A DNA stretch of 64,000 bases, taken from positions 73,798 to 137,797 of the forward strand of contig JAFVTW010000007.1 of NCBI GenBank assembly GCA_017503005.1, read 5' to 3'. This stretch comes from Clostridia bacterium. Its GTDB lineage: Bacteria > Bacillota > Clostridia > Christensenellales > UBA1242. Shown piece after piece: positions 61,083-64,000 of this stretch. The notes beneath the pieces were generated by a model. That model saw only the letters and a program-made list of their open reading frames with translations. It searched no databases and was not told the DNA's origin. A program made the position numbers and the translations under genes. The stretch's first letter is position 1, and the number at the start of each line of letters is the position of its first letter.

Positions 61083-61835
61083 TTGCTAGACAAAAAGACA
61101 AAAAAAGCACTTAACTACAAAGCTATGAATGAGCTTCTTGACAAAGCATTCGACGATTTGTATGGATTAGATGAATATGCTGAAAGTGAAAAAGACTTTA
61201 AACAACGCTTATTGCCAATTCTTACTATGTTTATTTCTGGTGCAGAAAGAATTGATGCTTCAGCTAAAAAGTCGGTATTAGATAATGTTCCAAAGAAATT
61301 TAAAGACGATATGACCGAGGCGTTGTTGGATGTAAAACAAGCTCAAGTAAGCCGCCAAGCACCTCAAGTAAAAGAATCTAACACTGAAATGGTAGCAAAA
61401 GATAATGGGAACAAATTAAAAGATCTAACCAACAGGCTATCAGGTAAAGGTAAGAGTACAACCAAAGAAGATGTTTCTACAAACAGTAATGGTAATGATG
61501 AAGAATTTTCAAAACTTATGAGTTACTTAACCATAAATCCTCAAAAACTAGAATCCTTGGGAAAGAACAATTCTACTAAAGAACAACTAAAGAATTCAGA
61601 TGATAAAACACAAGCTAATATTGATTATAATCTTGAGAATATAAAAGATGATGCCAAAAATGAAACGGTTACTGTTGAAGTTGTTAGTGGAGAGAAAAAT
61701 GAGACTAGTGTTATACCTGAAGGTAATCTCAATAAAGGCGATTTTGGAAAAAGAAAGGTTGAAAATGTGAAAGCAGATCTTAATAATATGTTTGGTAATG
61801 GTTTGACTTTAAATGATTCTGTTTCACATAAATAA
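61083..61835 (+). CDS. Hypothetical hydrophilic Lys/Asn/Asp-rich protein; start uncertain (TTG 61083 or ATG 61125, neither with clear RBS)
   Basis: ORF track (alternative start); no motif recognised. Confidence 0.35.
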   Translation: MLDKKTKKALNYKAMNELLDKAFDDLYGLDEYAESEKDFKQRLLPILTMFISGAERIDASAKKSVLDNVPKKFKDDMTEALLDVKQAQVSRQAPQVKESNTEMVAKDNGNKLKDLTNRLSGKGKSTTKEDVSTNSNGNDEEFSKLMSYLTINPQKLESLGKNNSTKEQLKNSDDKTQANIDYNLENIKDDAKNETVTVEVVSGEKNETSVIPEGNLNKGDFGKRKVENVKADLNNMFGNGLTLNDSVSHK

Positions 61836-61868
61836 TAAGTACAATAAATATAAACGGAGATAATAAGT

Positions 61869-62330
61869 ATGACTCATAATAGAGCATTTATAAAAAATTT
61901 ATTAGGTGGTCTAAATAAAAACAAAAAACTATATTTTGAAAAAGCGTTTGCAAGCGATAAGGCTTATAAATCATTTATGAATGGGCTTGCAAATGCAATA
62001 TATAAAAAGTTGGGTATGCCTGAAATTGATTTACCTTTAATATATGTAGAATCTGATCATAAAAAAAGTACCCCATTTATTATTGTTTTACATGAGTTTA
62101 ATAATGCGTTTATTGTAGAAAGATATGATGCTTATTATGCGGCTGTATTTATAGATGATGATGGTAAAATTAAATTGTTTACTTATGAATTGGATTATGA
62201 TAAAGATGATGCTTTGATGTATGTATGTTGTGAGTATTTTGAAGATGGTACTAGAAAGGTTTATAGCTCAAGAAAGAGATTACACCTAGATGCTTTTTGT
62301 GCTGAAATTAGCAAAGCTATTAATGTATAG
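61869..62330 (+). CDS. Hypothetical protein (153 aa)
   Basis: ORF track; RBS GGAGATAA 9 nt before ATG. Confidence 0.45.
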   Translation: MTHNRAFIKNLLGGLNKNKKLYFEKAFASDKAYKSFMNGLANAIYKKLGMPEIDLPLIYVESDHKKSTPFIIVLHEFNNAFIVERYDAYYAAVFIDDDGKIKLFTYELDYDKDDALMYVCCEYFEDGTRKVYSSRKRLHLDAFCAEISKAINV

Positions 62331-63213
62331 TTTGTAAATTTTAATAAATATTTGCTTGTAAATAATTTGATTTTTTAATCTATTTAAAACAACAAAAAAA
62401 AGAACCACGATTGTGGTTCTTTTTAGTTGTTTGTTTTTTTGTGCCTCTATTACTTTATTTACAGTAGTTTCGCAAGGTGCAACCAATTCTTTATATACTT
62501 GTTGAGGTGTTAATCCTTTTTTATCTTTCACTTTTTCGCACAATTTAAAAATTAAATCAGGTGCTGCAAAAGGCTCATTTGGATTACTTGGAATTTCTAT
62601 TGGTTTAAGCTTTCTTTTAGGATCACCATTCATACATCTATTATATATATTTGTAATTGCATTTTCTATTGACTTATCAACATCATTAGGTATTGTGTTT
62701 TTACCTATACGGTTTGCAATATCATAAACTTGTGAAAGTGCAGAGTTTAGTCTAGCTGCGTTTACTTGAGCAGTAAGAGATCTCAAAACTTTTGACAAAT
62801 CTGATGGTGTTTTACAGTTTTTGCAAGCTTTAATCAATTCAACATCATCAACACTAGCATTTCCTGCATGCATATTTATAACTTTATTGTTCATTGAAAT
62901 AGCATCGGTAAATTGAGATATTGTCTTTTCTGCATTTGGATAATTTTTCATTAATGGTAAATTTCTTAATGCTGCTTCAACTTTATGTACAACGGAATTA
63001 CCGTCATATCTATATTTATCGTGGTTTGCTACATTTTTTTCTGTAAACATCTCTTTTAGAAGCACCGCCATTTACACCATCAACCCAATATTTACACCAT
63101 ACAAAATCTGTTGAAAACTCATCAGGAATGTCAGGGTGCATTTCCTTAAGATCGTATTTGATAAAGTGAACGCCATTTTCCCTTTCTCTTTCAATATCGC
63201 TATATATAGCCAT
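62286..63213 (-). pseudogene. Frameshifted gene: 65-codon ORF (63213..63016) and 261-codon ORF (63071..62286) are one ~326-codon reading frame interrupted at an A7 homopolymer (coding strand; T7 at 63034-63040); hypothetical product
   Basis: Removing one A from the run fuses ...GGASKRDVYRK to NVANHDKYRYDG...; RBS AGAGAGG before ATG 63213; last ~45 codons run through a terminator hairpin and the convergent gene. Confidence 0.45.
62394..62425. terminator. Bidirectional rho-independent terminator (A7-gaaccac-gatt-gtggttc-T5), lies inside the annotated 3' end of minus-strand ORF 62286..63071
   Basis: Perfect 7-bp inverted repeat 62402-62408/62413-62419. Confidence 0.65.
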
Positions 63214-63391
63214 ATCAACACCTCTCTTTTCTTCTTACATAATAGTATACCATATTATGGGTCTTTTTTTGTGCAAAATAACCAAAATATTTATCTATTT
63301 ATTGAAATCAAAATACACATATAATATAATTTTAGTATAAAATTACAACTATGTGCTATTTGAAATATTTTAATATAAGGGGTTAAATATT

Positions 63392-64000
63392 ATGATAAAA
63401 TTAAGCCAAGAAGAACTAAGAGAAAAAGAAATAAAATTACAAAAAAATCTAAACGAATATAGAGATAAAATTACCGATATTTTAGGTGCAAAACTTGCTA
63501 GAGAATTTTGCAATGCCCTTATTGCACATGAGTTTACAAAGAGAGTTTTGGCTGGTTGCGAAGCTCAAGTAAAAAAATTAGAAAATGAAATCGAAAAAAC
63601 TATAGCAAAACAATACCCAAAAGAAACCGACTACAATGCTATCGGTGTAGTAGAACAGTTCAAAACATCACTAAGAAAACATATCGAAGAGAAAAATCAC
63701 ACACAAAAAGGCTTTGCAATGTCTAGAGTAAAACTTTGTGAAAAATCTTTACAAGAACATTTGGGTGTAGATTTAACCAAAAAGATTGTTTCACTAGCTA
63801 TTGTTTGTGAAGCAAACGAAAATCAAGTAGAAAAACTAAAACAATGTCGCGATAGAGAAATTGAAACATTGAAATCTTACACTTCAAATGCTGCAGCTAA
63901 AATAATGGGTACCAGATATACAAAAGCTTATTACGATCTAGACGATGTAAGAAAAGCTCAAATGCAAATCAAAGAAAAAGAAACTGGCAAAGGTATGTAA
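63392..64000 (+). CDS. Hypothetical protein, 3' end beyond window (>=202 aa, Lys/Glu-rich helical)
   Basis: ORF track; RBS AAGGGGTTAAATATT before ATG. Confidence 0.5.
   Translation: MIKLSQEELREKEIKLQKNLNEYRDKITDILGAKLAREFCNALIAHEFTKRVLAGCEAQVKKLENEIEKTIAKQYPKETDYNAIGVVEQFKTSLRKHIEEKNHTQKGFAMSRVKLCEKSLQEHLGVDLTKKIVSLAIVCEANENQVEKLKQCRDREIETLKSYTSNAAAKIMGTRYTKAYYDLDDVRKAQMQIKEKETGKGM

Noticed and set aside
1-64000. Possible alternative genetic code (UGA=Trp, as in Mollicutes) given the very low GC
   Set aside because: Trp is encoded by TGG in conserved positions (e.g. PFOR, SecY). Conserved ribosomal genes terminate at the expected places with TAA/TAG/TGA. Sporulation genes (spoVT) are present. 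The standard code is consistent throughout.
1-64000. CRISPR arrays, transposases/IS elements, integrases, tRNA/rRNA genes
   Set aside because: No direct-repeat/spacer periodicity, no transposase- or integrase-like ORFs, and no GC-rich structured tRNA-like segments were seen. The 43477..43922 and 24156..24442 non-coding stretches were checked by eye specifically.

Overview
This is a low-GC (about 30% by eye) window from a Firmicutes-like, apparently spore-forming anaerobe, read with the standard genetic code.

The dominant feature is a complete, colinear ribosomal-protein super-operon on the minus strand at 27.8-43.5 kb. Its gene order is rpsJ-rplC-rplD-rplW-rplB-rpsS-rplV-rpsC-rplP-rpmC-rpsQ-rplN-rplX-rplE-rpsN(Z)-rpsH-rplF-rplR-rpsE-rpmD-rplO-secY-adk-map-infA-rpmJ-rpsM-rpsK-rpsD-rpoA-rplQ. 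A sigma-A-like promoter and a ~220-nt leader lie upstream of rpsJ, and a hairpin terminator follows rplQ.

Flanking housekeeping genes are:
- truA and a pyruvate:ferredoxin oxidoreductase gene (nifJ/por).
- A divergent ThyX-fold protein and a tRNA-dihydrouridine synthase.
- Two tandem HU genes.
- The conserved spoVT-yabM (MOP flippase) pair.
- addB-addA, rplI, and a DUF1540 Cys-rich protein.

The accessory content is surface and envelope oriented:
- Two tandem secreted or anchored paralog-like proteins at the left edge.
- A 3220-aa N-terminally anchored giant extracellular protein with its own promoter.
- A 1079-aa Big_2-type lipoprotein.
- A BspA-like LRR / Listeria-Bacteroides-repeat protein.
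- A zinc-ribbon/TPR/TM protein and a 666-aa membrane coiled-coil protein.
- A tandem pair of PF04298-like membrane zinc metallopeptidases.

Notable oddities:
- The giant gene and the lipoprotein gene sit where the ecfA1-ecfA2-ecfT-truA-rplM-rpsI continuation of the operon normally follows rplQ.
- uL24 carries a CxxC...CxxC insertion plus a Lys/Thr/Ala-rich tail.
- Several other proteins have similar low-complexity tails.
- The ThyX homolog lacks the canonical first RHR motif.
- A 326-codon gene is split by an A7 homopolymer frameshift, and its 3' end runs through a terminator hairpin.

No CRISPR array, transposase, integrase or recognisable defence system was seen.
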